Shown one piece after another: positions 43,901 to 55,390 of a DNA stretch of 64,000 nt (within the stretch, counting starts at the first letter, position 1; each line of letters begins with the position of its first letter). Source of the DNA: Catajapyx aquilonaris (taxonomy: Eukaryota); assembly GCA_000934665.2 (NCBI GenBank), contig JYFJ02000286.1, positions 1 to 64,000 of the forward strand, written 5' to 3'. The notes under the pieces were generated by a model, which saw nothing but the letters and a program-made list of their open reading frames with translations, searched no databases and was not told the origin of the DNA. The translations under genes were made by a program, and so were the position numbers.

Positions 43901-44883
43901 AGCAGCTCTACCTGAATAGATCAAGGGCACGTGCAATGGTTTCTGCACAAGGACCACCCTTGGGCTGCATTTCAGTAGGATAAAGGTCCAGCAAATCTGC
44001 TATCCGGATCTTCTGGTGCCTCTCCAAAGCCTGCTTCACTTCAGGTGAGTCCATGTCAGGCAACATGTCAGTAGTAGTAGGGAGTGCAGAGCAGTCCATG
44101 TTCTTCTGCAGATCATTAGTCCCCTGGCATTTCTCATTATCCTTGCTGCAGCTTGGTGTCTCATTCATGGGGATGACACTTGCACGAAGGTTTTCATAAT
44201 CCAGTTTCGTCACTTCCACCAGCAGTGGCTGGGAAAAGAATCATATTCAGTATAAATTTACTGAACAGCTTAATTCCCTTAACTTTCTACTGGTAAAAAA
44301 TACAAAGTCACATTATTTGATGTTATCTCCATGTTAGCAGTGTTCAACACTTGTATACTCCCTACCGAACTGAAACCCTAGTCATATTTCCCCTGAATTC
44401 TTAGGAAACATTCCGCTATGTTGGTTGGCAATTATTCTCCTCCAGTCAATGTGGGTGTGACTGCACTGATTCTCAACATTCGTTACTCACTTCTTTCAGG
44501 AATATGTTTGCACAGCGGTCTCTTCCTGGCGCCAGCACACCCTTCCTCTTCCAAATGGCAAACCATCCGCCTGGTTCAACCAACAGTTGCAGGTAATCAG
44601 CCCACTGCAGCCTGACCTTATCCCCAGGAATGGGATGTGAAGAGTTGCCAAACACCACAGTAGCCAGTTCTTCTAAGCGCTCCTGCAGGTCCACAAATCC
44701 CATCTGGAAGGGTCGTGGTGGGGCCATGGCACGGTGGGGAGGTCGGAGGCCAGCTGGTTTGTCCGACCCTTCCGGGCAGTCGTCACACGAGTCCATTAAA
44801 TCAAGGTCACTGGGCTGTGTCGGGCTACACGCTGAGGCCATCGGGGGTGGCCGGGGCACGGTGCCCACCTCGTCTTCAAGCAT
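37911..44883 (-). CDS. SHCBP1: SHC SH2-domain-binding protein 1 / Nessun dorma-like (centralspindlin partner, C-terminal pectin-lyase-like beta-helix), ~651 aa, 8 coding exons
   Basis: Hand-spliced exons (minus): 44883-44491, 44228-43912, 43038-42949, 42889-42784, 42413-42067, 41038-40879, 39786-39341, 38007-37911. All introns are GT-AG with consistent phases. Family-type motifs: VEPGGWFAIWK, ALDLFRFFYSYIWYPWDE, LENP-like MENPDIR, TIYVPPGVHYI and PbH1-like repeats (GILVLPGGTLKL…GVHLKEGATLEA). TAG at 37911-37913; AATAAA at 37828-37833 (minus). The last exon is the least certain. Confidence 0.85.
40506..40593 (+). repeat. Imperfect (GA)n / GGGAGA purine microsatellite
   Basis: Near-continuous G/A tract in an SHCBP1 intron. 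Confidence 0.9.
41355..41507. mobile_element. Partial second copy of the same hAT MITE family (SHCBP1 intron)
   Basis: Shares ~120 nt (ATTTGAATGGGTGTGTATTTGATGAAATTGGT…AATGCTATTTCAAACTGTC) with 47757-47845 and ends in the right TIR CAGTTCAATAGCCCTG. The left end was not found; an N lies nearby at 41276. Confidence 0.8.
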
Positions 44884-45328
44884 CACGGGTGCAAGCTAAA
44901 GAAGAGGTCGACTCCTATTGTAAATCAGCACTGCCAGTCGCAGCGCCTCTGCTTACCTACACCAGGTGATGTTCCCACTGTGAGACTGATAGAAGCGAGC
45001 AGCGCAGAAGAGTGTTGAGGAAATCCTGAAATGGAATGAAGTATAAAGTGTTCGTTGTTGACAGTTGGCGGGAACAGCACCGATGGTTGCCGGATGACCC
45101 TACGGAAGTGACGTTATTAGTTACTAGTGTGATCAGTTTAGGCCTCCTTCAATCATTTAATTATTTCATAAATCAAAAATAAATGGAGAAAAACGAAATG
45201 AAAAGGTTGCTTTTTAATTCTGCGTAGGACCCAATATGGCAGGCAACATGGCGGCGCACTGGTTATAAACATTTCCATCGTCTGATTTCTCAAACGAGGA
45301 TTAATATCAAGTTAATATTCAATATCAG
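44884..45328. promoter_or_regulatory. Bidirectional promoter region shared by SHCBP1 and CHCHD7
   Basis: The divergent ATGs are 445 nt apart in a locally CpG-containing region. Motifs: E2F-like TTGGCGGGAA (45065-45074), ETS-CRE composite CGGAAGTGACGT (45103-45114), YY1-like CAACATGGCGGC (45244-45255). Confidence 0.7.
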
Positions 45329-46676
45329 ATGCCCCCAATGAGTCGTGCGGACAAGCTGAGGAGTGACTACAACAACCCGTGTCTCAAGGTCTGTTTATGA
45401 GCATCAATCCGCAGTTTTACGCTTGTGTTACTGCAGGGAAAACCTCGCTGAAGATGCTTCTATATCTTTGAATCATTACTTTGATCGCCTTTTTAAAAAG
45501 CGCTGTCCTTTGCCAGGAGCAAGAACTGTCCTATAAATGCATGGAAAAAAATGGCTACGATCGGGATAAGTGCTTGGATTACTTCAGGAACTACCGCAAC
45601 TGCAAGGAATTTTGGGTACTGCATATGGAAAGGACATTGTGATGTAATAATGCGATGGTTGGAGCTGAAGTTATGATGCGAATTTTTTCACTCGAATTCG
45701 TGAGCCTTGTCAGGGAGGAAGGAGGAACTATGGATATTGTGTTTGTAGATTTTCTTACAAGTTATAGAGATGCTTTGTATTACATCTCAAACTAAAGAGG
45801 ATGCTCAAAATTGGGAAACCTGCTTCCTGATGAGATTTGAAAGCTTGTGCATAACCTTGTACCAGTGATGAGGCAGCTCTTGCACCCATCAGTGTTCATA
45901 ATGGTTGTCAACATTGACTCGAGTCTTTCATATTATCAGATCACCCTGCTGACTGCCTTCAGAAAAGGTGCTGTGATGACATTCCATTTGCTTATGTGAA
46001 TTAAATGTGACATGCTTGCGTACTGCATCGCCGATCCCAACTACAAGAGTACAGTAATGCTCACTAGGCTACTCCAAGCCTATTAGTTACATTATTTTTA
46101 ATCAGTTACCATTGGGATGGAGTATGCATAATAATGTAATGCTTCTTGGATTCCTCTGAATTTCACACATCTTTTCATGTCAAATGTAGACATCACTGAG
46201 CAGGGCTTTGAAATGACATGTAGTTCACCTGTGTAAAGAATGAAGCGGCTCAAGTATTGAATGAAGAATTATCCATGACTTCTGTTCCGTTCCTTACATA
46301 AGCAATCTGAAAGGTAGTAGCTCTGAGGTGCAAATGAAAGTAAGTGTTCTGCATATCATTGTAATATCCACTTTCATCTGGTCCGATATATTTCTCATTG
46401 TCTAGAATCAGAGTAGGTCTACAGATGCCCTCTCAATCATTGTGTACTTTAAAGTACAACTTCATCATCACTATTGCATTACAATTCCTGTACCGTACAG
46501 TACTACATTTAAATGGATTACAGTGAATGTAAGTGTACCACTTTTTTGTTCATCAGAACCAAGTGAAAGCTGAACGCAGGCTCAATGGAATCAAGCCCTA
46601 CTTACCACCACCTGAAGAACGACCCACTGCCAAAGCGCACTATGCTAAGAAGTTTGGGGCATCTAAAGGTTCTTGA
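45329..46676 (+). CDS. CHCHD7: CHCHD7 / COX23-like twin CX9C mitochondrial intermembrane-space protein, 92 aa, 3 exons (absent from the ORF track)
   Basis: Exons 45329-45388, 45517-45615 and 46557-46676, all phase 0 GT-AG. Product: MPPMSRADKLRSDYNNPCLK|EQELSYKCMEKNGYDRDKCLDYFRNYRNCKEFW|NQVKAERRLNGIKPYLPPPEERPTAKAHYAKKFGASKGS*. It has two CX9C motifs and the NPC…YDR…CK.FW…RR.NG.KP pattern of CHCHD7. AATAAA at 46686-46691. Confidence 0.92.
45691..45760 (+). mobile_element. Possible LINE (CR1/L2-like) reverse-transcriptase relic in CHCHD7 intron 2
   Basis: Translates LEFVSLVREEGGTMDIVFVDF, which resembles the LLEF…LDEG..VDVIYLDF motif preceding SKAFD in non-LTR RTs. Short and diverged. Confidence 0.3.
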
Positions 46677-47342
46677 ATGGTGTTAAATAAATAGCCATAT
46701 AGTCAATGTCACTTCTGTCTTATATTATTAATTATTACTTCAAGAGGTTTTTTACAGCTTGCAAGTCTTTCTCTTTCCTTCTCCCGCCCACAATTACCAC
46801 TCCTCCACAAAAGAAAATTATAAAAACATGGTGAACGTGTGCCTTTCACCCTGACAGTGCCACAGACCTGGCAAAAATTGACAAATATATACGAGACATA
46901 AAACTTCATTAATAGAAAACTTATGGAATGAAATTATGAACAGTAACAAAGGTATGTATGTACACGTGCAACTACATACAAGACGGGAGAGAGAGAACAA
47001 AAATAATTACGAAGCAAAATTACAAGGCATTATATTAATTACAGGTAAAGCTTGGAGAGACTCCAATAATAAACTAATCATTTTTAAAAGGTACAGCCTG
47101 AGTCCAAAAAAAATTGACTCCACCTTTTTTCATGGCATATGGACAACACATGGTAATCAAGAGAATATTCACCCCATAATAATCGAAAAATCATCTCATA
47201 ATGAATTGAAATTAAATTAAACCCCAGCAAGAAATTTCAACCCCCAACATTTATCCTTTCCCTCCCAAATTTCAGCATTTAAAAAGCAAATTCTTGCTTT
47301 ATATTTTCTCTCTCTTGATTAACATGAGTTGTCCGCTACGAG

Positions 47343-50300
47343 TCAATCGCTCTGCTGTTTGATCCGGAAGCAGTCGATCCGGAAGTGTCTGCACATCTGG
47401 CGCACCTGCAAGGGTGAAATAGTGTAATAATGGAAGAGGTGTAAGCTATTTACAATTCACATCACTTCTGCAATATGTAGAGTATTATGGACATAATGTT
47501 ATCCTGATCAACACCGGTACTCTTGAAAACCAGCAGCAGTAAATGATGTTCATTTGTAAGAGAGTAGGCCAGGGCTATTCAACTAGTTTATGTCAAGGTC
47601 CCCCCCCAGCCCTTTATGACGTCCTGTACAGGTGCATAGGCAGAAAACATTTCGGAGGGGGGTGCATTTCGTAAGCACAAGGTGAACAAGCCGTAAAGCC
47701 CGGTGCAGGTGATTTTTTTTTTGTTCAAGGTCACACATGCTTAGGTGAATGTGGGAAATTTGAATGGGTGTGTATTTGATGAAATTGGTTGCACTTTTCC
47801 CAAAAAATCAAGAATTAGTAATTGCTAATGCTATTTCAAACTGTCATATATATCGTCGCGGTATGAACCTGGACCGCAGTTCACCAGTTGAATAGCTCTG
47901 GAGTAGGCACTAGTGCCATAACACCAGTGAATAAAATGACTCAATTTCGTTTTTGCAGGCACTTCTGTGAGTCAAGCTGGCACTCCTCTATACTTTAATA
48001 CAAACTTAACATAATTCCAAGCAAGCTAAAATAACTCACCACACAAATCCCATAATGCACATGTGCTTGCGTGGCAAGCACAGTGAGAGCATAAAGAAGT
48101 CCTCTCTCCCATTTCTCGCCTATGGGCAAGCTCAAGGAAAGTGCCACTACCACTCCTAAGGGCAGAAGTAGCCAATTAAGCCCCTCACATCGTGTGGAGC
48201 TCATCTGGGCCACAATCAAGCGGCAGCATATGTGAGAGAAGAGGGTTCCGACTAGTAGGTAGAAGCAGCGAGGCTCTCTGTCTATAATGTTTGAAGGGGA
48301 CAGGAGAACCCAGGAGAGGGTGAGCAGAAAGAGAACTGTTGCAGAAACCAAGGGAAGGGTAGCCTCCCACAGGGGGCGCATCTTCCCCGTGCCATCCCGG
48401 TAAGACCTGTTTAAGGTGGGTCAAAAGAGATTATCATTAGTATCACTGGGGGGGGAAAAAAAAATGCATAGTTTTGCATTGAAACTGGGCTGCATTAAGC
48501 TAATCTCTAGTGCCTGGAATCTGCCTCTTCCTCATCAACTTGGCAATACAAAGTGACTAATGGAAACAATTTGCAACTCTCTATTTCTGAGCTGGAGAGA
48601 AATCAGACATTTATAAAGTAGTGCAAACTTAGATTTAAGTAGCCAAACTTGAAAATGGCAAGTGTTCTGTGAATGTGAAATGACTTGTGAAATTGACACC
48701 ATAAGTCCCAAGTCCATACAAGGTTTGATTTTATAAACTCAACTTTCAGGTTGCAAGACTGGACATCAAGACCCATTCCATATGAAACCAAACAAGTAAA
48801 GAAGAATATGACCTTGATTACTGATGTAAAAATGTGAACAATTAATTTCAACAATTCAAGCATAAAAACAACATTTACATTTGCATCCTACACTTGTTGG
48901 CATTTTGACAGCACATGTAGGGCAGCTGGAAAAGATTGCATAACTATGTGCAAAATACCTGTGAATACATCTTAACGAGTTAATAATAGTGACGTCAGAA
49001 AGCAAGGTTCACTTCTGCCATTATACATGTACAACTATAGAACTTGATTATGTGTAAATCATTACAACTAATAGAGACAGCTTTGTTTTCAATGGGTTCT
49101 TACTTCCACACATTGTAGACGGAGATGGGTAGACTGGTAGCTAGTGACCCTGCATAAAGCATGATTTCCATGAGCATCCCAGCATTCACACCCCCAGGAA
49201 GAGTTATTTTCCAGGCCTGGTAGCCAAATATCAAGGTCAAGACGTAGAGAACAAAAGTTGTCTAGGAGGAAAGGCCAAAATTAGTTATGGTCCAAAAGCA
49301 TTTGAATCATTTCACAATTACGCTTCTTCATCCAAATTCATATTAAAATATCAGCCTGCTAAAAGAATAGTAATCAATAGTCACACTCACCACCATGGCA
49401 AAGTCATACCCCCATGGAAGGAAGAGAACTCCAGTGTTGTATTTCTCCCAGTGCGACAGTACAAAGTTGAGATGCACATTCCACAGACAGAAGAACAAAT
49501 GCAATGGAGGGATGGAGAAGTCTGTTTCTCGACCAAACACCGAGTACAGTCCTGTGGGTATGAGCACAGTGGTCCAGCTGTCCAGCCCATGGTCAAACAG
49601 CTCTCCAATGGGACCAGAGGTCCCTGTCCTCCGAGCCTGCTTTCCATCTATGCCATCTGTGTGAACAAAGATGTTGGGTGAGAAGTGTAGAGTGCGAGGT
49701 CATTCTTCAATTACATCATCTGCATGTAACCATGTAATTCAAGGGTTATGTAAATTACAGGAATATGATCAAATTCATAAAATAAGTCTGAGCAATAAAA
49801 CAATTTCAGATTCATATTTTGAATCCACTATAGCTAGGTCAAGTTTTCACTGCAGAGATTATTCAAAGTTGAGTGCATCAAAACAAGTCAAGATTGTGTC
49901 CTAAAAATCCCAAGGACATATTTAATTTGTTCTGAAGAGCCCTGCATGACTAAATTTGTAATGTGTCAGCATGATCACCATTTCTTTAACTAGCTGCAGG
50001 CAAATGATACTTTTAAAAATTGCGACCTCTGTGAGATCTAAACCATGATAGGGCTCTGGGCTTCAGTAAGACACCTTTTTATCACGTCCTTATAATTTAT
50101 ATCAACACCCTGGTATCATTACTGATTAAGGAACACTTTCTAATTTTAGCAGTAATTTAAACTACACTCGGAGTTTGCAATTAGTTTTCCCAATGTGCAA
50201 AAGTGAAGTAACCGTTAGGCCTGGGTGAAAATTTGAAGATGCACCACATGGATTAGCATCCTTACCAAGGTTCTCCACCACAACTTGCCTTATACCTCCT

Positions 50301-53300
50301 AGTTACAAATCCTAGTGATATACAGTAATGCAGGTAGAAGACAACAATATAGAAATGCAATCAGAACTTTATGCATGCACCCTACAGTCTGGTTCTCCAC
50401 TTTTTGGAGGGTGATGAGCAACATCACATTATCAACCACATGGCAGCTCATAGTCTGAAGCTGCAACCCAACCAACCAACCAACCAACCAAAACAATGCC
50501 CATATACCCTGGTAACTGGATATACTGGATAACTGGAGTAAGGCCCATACACACAGGCGGTCGACGGTTTTGGTCTTTGGTCGCATTGACGACGCGGACC
50601 AATCAAGACCCATGTAAACAAGCTCAACACTTGTGTTGCGCTTGTTGATAGGTCCCCGGCGTCAACGCAACCCAAGACCAAAACCGTCGACCGCCTGTGT
50701 GTATGAGCCTTAACACACTGTTGGAACTCAACATAGTCCTGAATGTTGCTGAAGAATTTTCTCATGTTCAGAATTAGGGCCTTGAAAGGTCAAAGTTGTC
50801 AAATGAAGTAGGGTAATCATAACAACTGCATTAATGAATGAGAATTTTAATTATACTGACCTAGTGTATGTGCAAGGAAAAGTGTGAGAGCAGCTGTGAA
50901 CCACACCCAGTTGGGTATGCGCGCACTCTCAGGAGCAGATGTGGTGGACGCATAAAAGTGATAGTCATAGTAGCAGAACAGAAAGAAGTTGGACACGGTG
51001 AACACAAAGCCGGAGAATGTCAGGAGGTTGGGGGCCACCCAGAGGGGACACAGCTGCAAGTCAAGAAGAACATGATTAGTAATTATTAAAGAATGAATTT
51101 CTAGGTTCTAAAAACAGTCAAAATAAGCTCTTAAATAGGCAGTAAAAATCTAGCAGATCCTATTTTATTTTCGTTCCTATACAACCTACTCTTGGCCATA
51201 GATTTAGTAGCACATAGGCCCGTATCTTCGACGTCTCGCGCAAACCTGCGGGAGGAGCCATAATCTTCTAGAGAAACTTTCCAATGGCGTTAATCCCTGA
51301 CGGGGAAAGAACCCCAGGAGTAGTTAATTTTGTTACTTAAAAATGTGATGATTTTTACTCTCGCTGGCAGAACCCTGTTAACTCCCTTCTGCGAGCGCCT
51401 CCCGCAGGTTTGCACGAGACGTCGAAGATTTGGGCCTAGGAAACTAGCAGTTGTTCCATATTTTCATTGGATACGAGGTGACACTTGTCTGCCACCACAC
51501 CTTTATACAGTGGAGCATCGATTATCTGAACAGAGTCTGCCCAGGGGGTGTTCGGATAACCGATCATTTACGAAAATAATTGTACCGGTGTCATAGGAGC
51601 AATATGAAACCAAGAAAGTGATATTAACCACAAAAGTGTATATTTTCTGTCACAGGCACATCTTAAAAATACTGTACTATCGGACGCAAAAAGAATGTCC
51701 GGAGAGAGTCTTCGTTCAGCCTGGTGGAGGCAAACCATTGCACAGATGTGTACACACACACTTGTGTGTACGTCCGTGCTCATCTGCTGAGCTTTTTCCC
51801 TCCTCCCTTAGCTACCCAGGTGCAATGGTTTGCCTCCACCAGGCTGAACGAAGACTCTCCCCGGACATTCTTTTTGCGTGCCTATGTACATATACCTTAC
51901 ATTCCTTACATGAAGTAGTCCTACAGTTTAGGGGAGGAAAAGGCCACATAGCGTGTTTTTTTTTTCTTCTTCTTTTTGCTGACCCAAAAACTTTTGGTTA
52001 ACCGATGGTTCGTTTGATCGGTGTTCGGATAATCGATGCTCCACTGTACATTGAAAATGACCTGCATAAAATTAGAAATCCGTTCTCTAGTAATTATTAT
52101 CTAATAATAATGGATCCCCTATGACAGGCCTTTTCAGGGGATCTCTTTTTCAACACCCAACTTTATTCATTGCCTGCACTGCTGATTAATTATGGAAGAA
52201 ATTGAAGAATCTAAATAGAATCCATTCGAGCATAAAGGAACCCTTTGAAACTTTTCCCAGGTGATAAAATCGTCCATCAGACCCAGGGATCAATCTCAGG
52301 ATCTCAGGTGGGTCCATCACTAATGAAAACCCTGGGTATGGGCCGAGCACAATTAATATCAGTGTCCATAACTTAACTTACAGCATCGTTGTCAGGTAGG
52401 TGTTGATGCTTTTCCATATTCTCTGGATTGGATTGTCACCTGGGTAATATTGAGCCAGTCATTTCTAAAAGACAAGCCTTATAACCTTCTACAAGTCAGG
52501 GCAAATTAATTATGAACCTGACAGCACAATTTGTCAACGTGAATGTTCCTTAAAGATTTAATCTTATAGGATGGAAACTTTATAATGCAAAAGATAATGC
52601 AGTACCAACTGATTGTGCCACATGCAGGTTTCACCGTATAAGCATCTGTAACATTTGATAACCCTAGAGCATTTCTCACTGTAGGAGAAATAGGTTGAGA
52701 GTTCTCCAACAAAAGGGCATTATGAGCCTGAGAGATGAAAGAGTAGGAATTGCGTTACATCTATGCAAAGTTATGTCCAGTTTTGATTGCAGGATTCTAA
52801 AACTGTAAAGTTTAAGCTCTGCAATTTGCCTGAATTTAAATCCTGATATGTACAAGCATTCATTGCATTTTCATTGCAGTTCTGGAGAGCGCATTAAAAA
52901 TACTATAACAATGTTATCACTGAGATAAGTTATATGATTGTTTCATTTAGAGTTTTAGACCAATACATGCTACAGCTATTTTATCTTGCAATATAGTTTA
53001 GTGGTAACTGTAACAATAATAATTGCAAACACAAATATTTATAATACACATTTACATGAATATTACTATTATTCCATATCATATGAATATTTCCATATAA
53101 CCACCAGTGTATATTATTTTCATCTGTACACAATGAACCATCTCATGTCACCATCCCTAGGGCATGCCTGTTACGTAGGTACAACATACAACCTCCCTAC
53201 TCCCAATGTTATCAACAATTATGATCATCCTTTGCACATGTGCAAAGCAACACATTTGAGGTGACTACTTATGATTCACGTGCTACAATGGCAAGGAAAT

Positions 53301-54508
53301 CCCAATTTAACAACAACCAAGGGCAAACAGATAGCTGACAAAGCTGACAAGACAATATTGTGCGGGACTTTGCACCAGGATGCCAATTACCTTTTCTAAC
53401 TCTTATCTATTATCCTAAGAGAGGTCAATAGTTCTCTTAAGATGCTGAGGTTCAAAGTCTAAATGCAATCAAATGAACATGTGTAAGTAAGGAAAATAAA
53501 TAGAGCAGTCCTTTGCATGCATGCAAATATTACGATGAGGCCAGCAGGATAAAATACAAATTTCCATATATGTTAATGGGGATATGTTTGCATACAAAAC
53601 ATTTGATGTAAAATTTGGATTACGCAGGTGCAGTTTATAAACTTCACTTCCTAGTTGATAAATATTTATTGCCTTACTTATTCACCCTTTTAATGACTCA
53701 CATTTTTAAATTCAATTTGAAGCCTTTTTTTCTCCAAATGTTACTTCAAGAAATTCAAATTTTTTAAAGAGGCAGGTTACTTCTGCTGATTCTATTTATC
53801 AAAAAGTGACAATGAGGTTGTGAGAGTCAGATGGAAGGTTCTAGGTTCCATTCATGGGGTCAACTGTCCTGCTGTGTTTTGCTTGTTGTCACAGTAAGGT
53901 AGAGTAATTTTTAAACCCCAACAATTGCTGAGATGGGCATCCTGGTTCTCTCCTCTCCACAAAAGGCAAGGTTAAATTGAATTTTAAATGTTTGCGATGA
54001 CAATCCATGTATATTATGTGCACAATAATATGCAAAAACAAACATGCAATTAATATCATCAGCTACTCCCCATTGCAATACTTTGCCACAAAAAACCAAC
54101 TGGTAACCTTCCATTGCTTCACTTGCCTCAGCTTGGATCACCATGAGAACCTGTGTGGCATGTCTGAGTCACCTAGTGCCTCAGAAATGTCTGTGGTGGT
54201 TCTGACTAGAGACCAAAGCTAGGTCAATCCCTCCGCACAGGATGTAGGTGTGGCCTGCGGTGTATATTTACCTTGACAACTGCGTTCCAGAAAGGGTGCA
54301 TGACATACTGGCTGAGTGGGCTGGTGTCCACTGCACTGTACTGCAACAGGAATAGACGAGACGTGATTATGCAGCCCATTACATGACCCGAGTGCATGGG
54401 CTACAGGACCCACCCCCTTCCCCCATTAGTCTTATTGCGCGGCATAATATTCACCTTGTAGTGCTCGAATCCGGAGAGGTGCTCCTGGGAGAGGTACTTG
54501 TAGTTCAT
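47343..54508 (-). CDS. SELENOI: Ethanolaminephosphotransferase 1 (SELENOI/EPT1; CDP-alcohol phosphatidyltransferase), 389 aa to the TGA or 397 aa if the TGA is recoded (end 47319), 7 exons
   Basis: Exons (minus): 54508-54455, 54340-54272, 51053-50861, 49656-49391, 49261-49104, 48406-48040, 47405-47343. All GT-AG with consistent phases. N-terminus [46 protein letters not shown]; catalytic CDP-AP motif [44 protein letters not shown] (EPT1-type); [14 protein letters not shown]. Confidence 0.95.
47570..47900. mobile_element. hAT-type MITE in the last intron of SELENOI
   Basis: TIRs CAGGGCTATTCAACT…AGTTGAATAGCTCTG. Perfect 8-bp target-site duplication GAGTAGGC at 47562-47569 and 47901-47908. Confidence 0.9.
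50542..50709. mobile_element. PIF/Harbinger (Tourist-like) MITE, near-palindromic
   Basis: ~36-bp TIR GGCCCATACACACAGGCGGTCGACGGTTTTGGTCTT / AAGACCAAAACCGTCGACCGCCTGTGTGTATGAGCC with imperfect pairing further in. Flanked by TAA and TTA. Confidence 0.85.
51215..51438. mobile_element. MITE, probably PIF/Harbinger-like
   Basis: ~40-bp imperfect TIR TAGGCCCGTATCTTCGACGTCTCGCGCAAACCTGCGGGAGG / CCTCCCGCAGGTTTGCACGAGACGTCGAAGATTTGGGCCTA. Confidence 0.85.
51508..52046. mobile_element. Tc1/mariner (pogo/Tigger-like) MITE
   Basis: TA-CAGTGGAGCATCGATTATCTGAAC … GTTCGGATAATCGATGCTCCACTG-TA: a 24-bp TIR with TA flanks. Confidence 0.88.
51684..51879. mobile_element. Foldback MITE or long inverted repeat nested inside the pogo-like MITE
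   Basis: ~60-bp nearly perfect inverted repeat ACGCAAAAAGAATGTCCGGAGAGAGTCTTCGTTCAGCCTGGTGGAGGCAAACCATTGCAC / GTGCAATGGTTTGCCTCCACCAGGCTGAACGAAGACTCTCCCCGGACATTCTTTTTGCGT. Confidence 0.8.
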
Positions 54509-55390
54509 CTTGGCTTCGTCTGCTGGGTGCTGCCCTGACCGCCTGCCGCAAGCCCTCGCCCTCTCCTCTCCCCTCTCCTACCCTCCTTTTCCTTCTCCTC
54601 AGCGAGACCGTCGATGATTTAACACTTTCCGGAAGCACACGCACCGAGAGTGCTGCACGGAACTGCCGAGCGGGGGAGTGTGTATCGTGTGTGGGGGATG
54701 GGGGGCTGATGGGAGGCGGGCAGGCTGGCAGGGTGGAGGAGGAGGAAGAGGAAGGAGGAACGAACGGGCAATGGAGGAGGGAAGAAAAAAACAACAGGAA
54801 AAGCGTAAAATAAGGAACGGACAGAACGGGAAGGGATGCGTCCGAATTCATGGGGCAGCGTACGAATGCCTACGACGTGTTGGCGGGAAGGTTCCAGTGC
54901 ACAGATATTAAATGTAGTAAAACTAGGCAGTGCAGCATGGGGAGCGTCAATGTCGTGTATCAAGATTTGGCGCCACTCTCAGTAAGTATTTTATTTTCAT
55001 GCAGACATTGCCACAGAAAAGCTCTAATATTCACCAATGGACTAGAGCCAATGTCATGAACATGGTAATGAACATCCAGGTGCGTTTGTCAGGACAAAAT
55101 ATATTCAGTCACCATGAAGTGAATGTTCAGCATTGGAATTTTATTTGTCACAGGTCCCACTTACCCATCAGGGAATGTTACATAAGTTTTATCCAGATGG
55201 GTTTATCTTCTGCCATGTCATGCTGATTTGGTGGCATGTGCTATTTAACAGACCATTTGGCCCAAGTGTTCAATCATAACCTGCTTGAGCAAGTCACTTC
55301 TGGAAGCATTTTCATTGACACCTGATTGCCTCTGGTAATAATTACAAGAGAATATTGAATGTATCCCCTACATGCCTTAATTAGAAGAGC

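Noticed and set aside
45820..45850. CTGATGAG…GAAA hammerhead-ribozyme-like core (a similar CTGATGAG lies at 24011)
   Set aside because: Stem II and stems I/III cannot be formed convincingly, and the 24011 site lacks the GAAA.
46432..46470. Minus-strand ATGAAGTTGTACTTTAAAGTACACAATGAT as a SECIS candidate
   Set aside because: The AUGA-N11-AAA spacing fits, but only ~12 nt separate the AA from the GA, which is too short. The AAA is paired in a simple palindrome, and the site lies inside the CHCHD7 intron.
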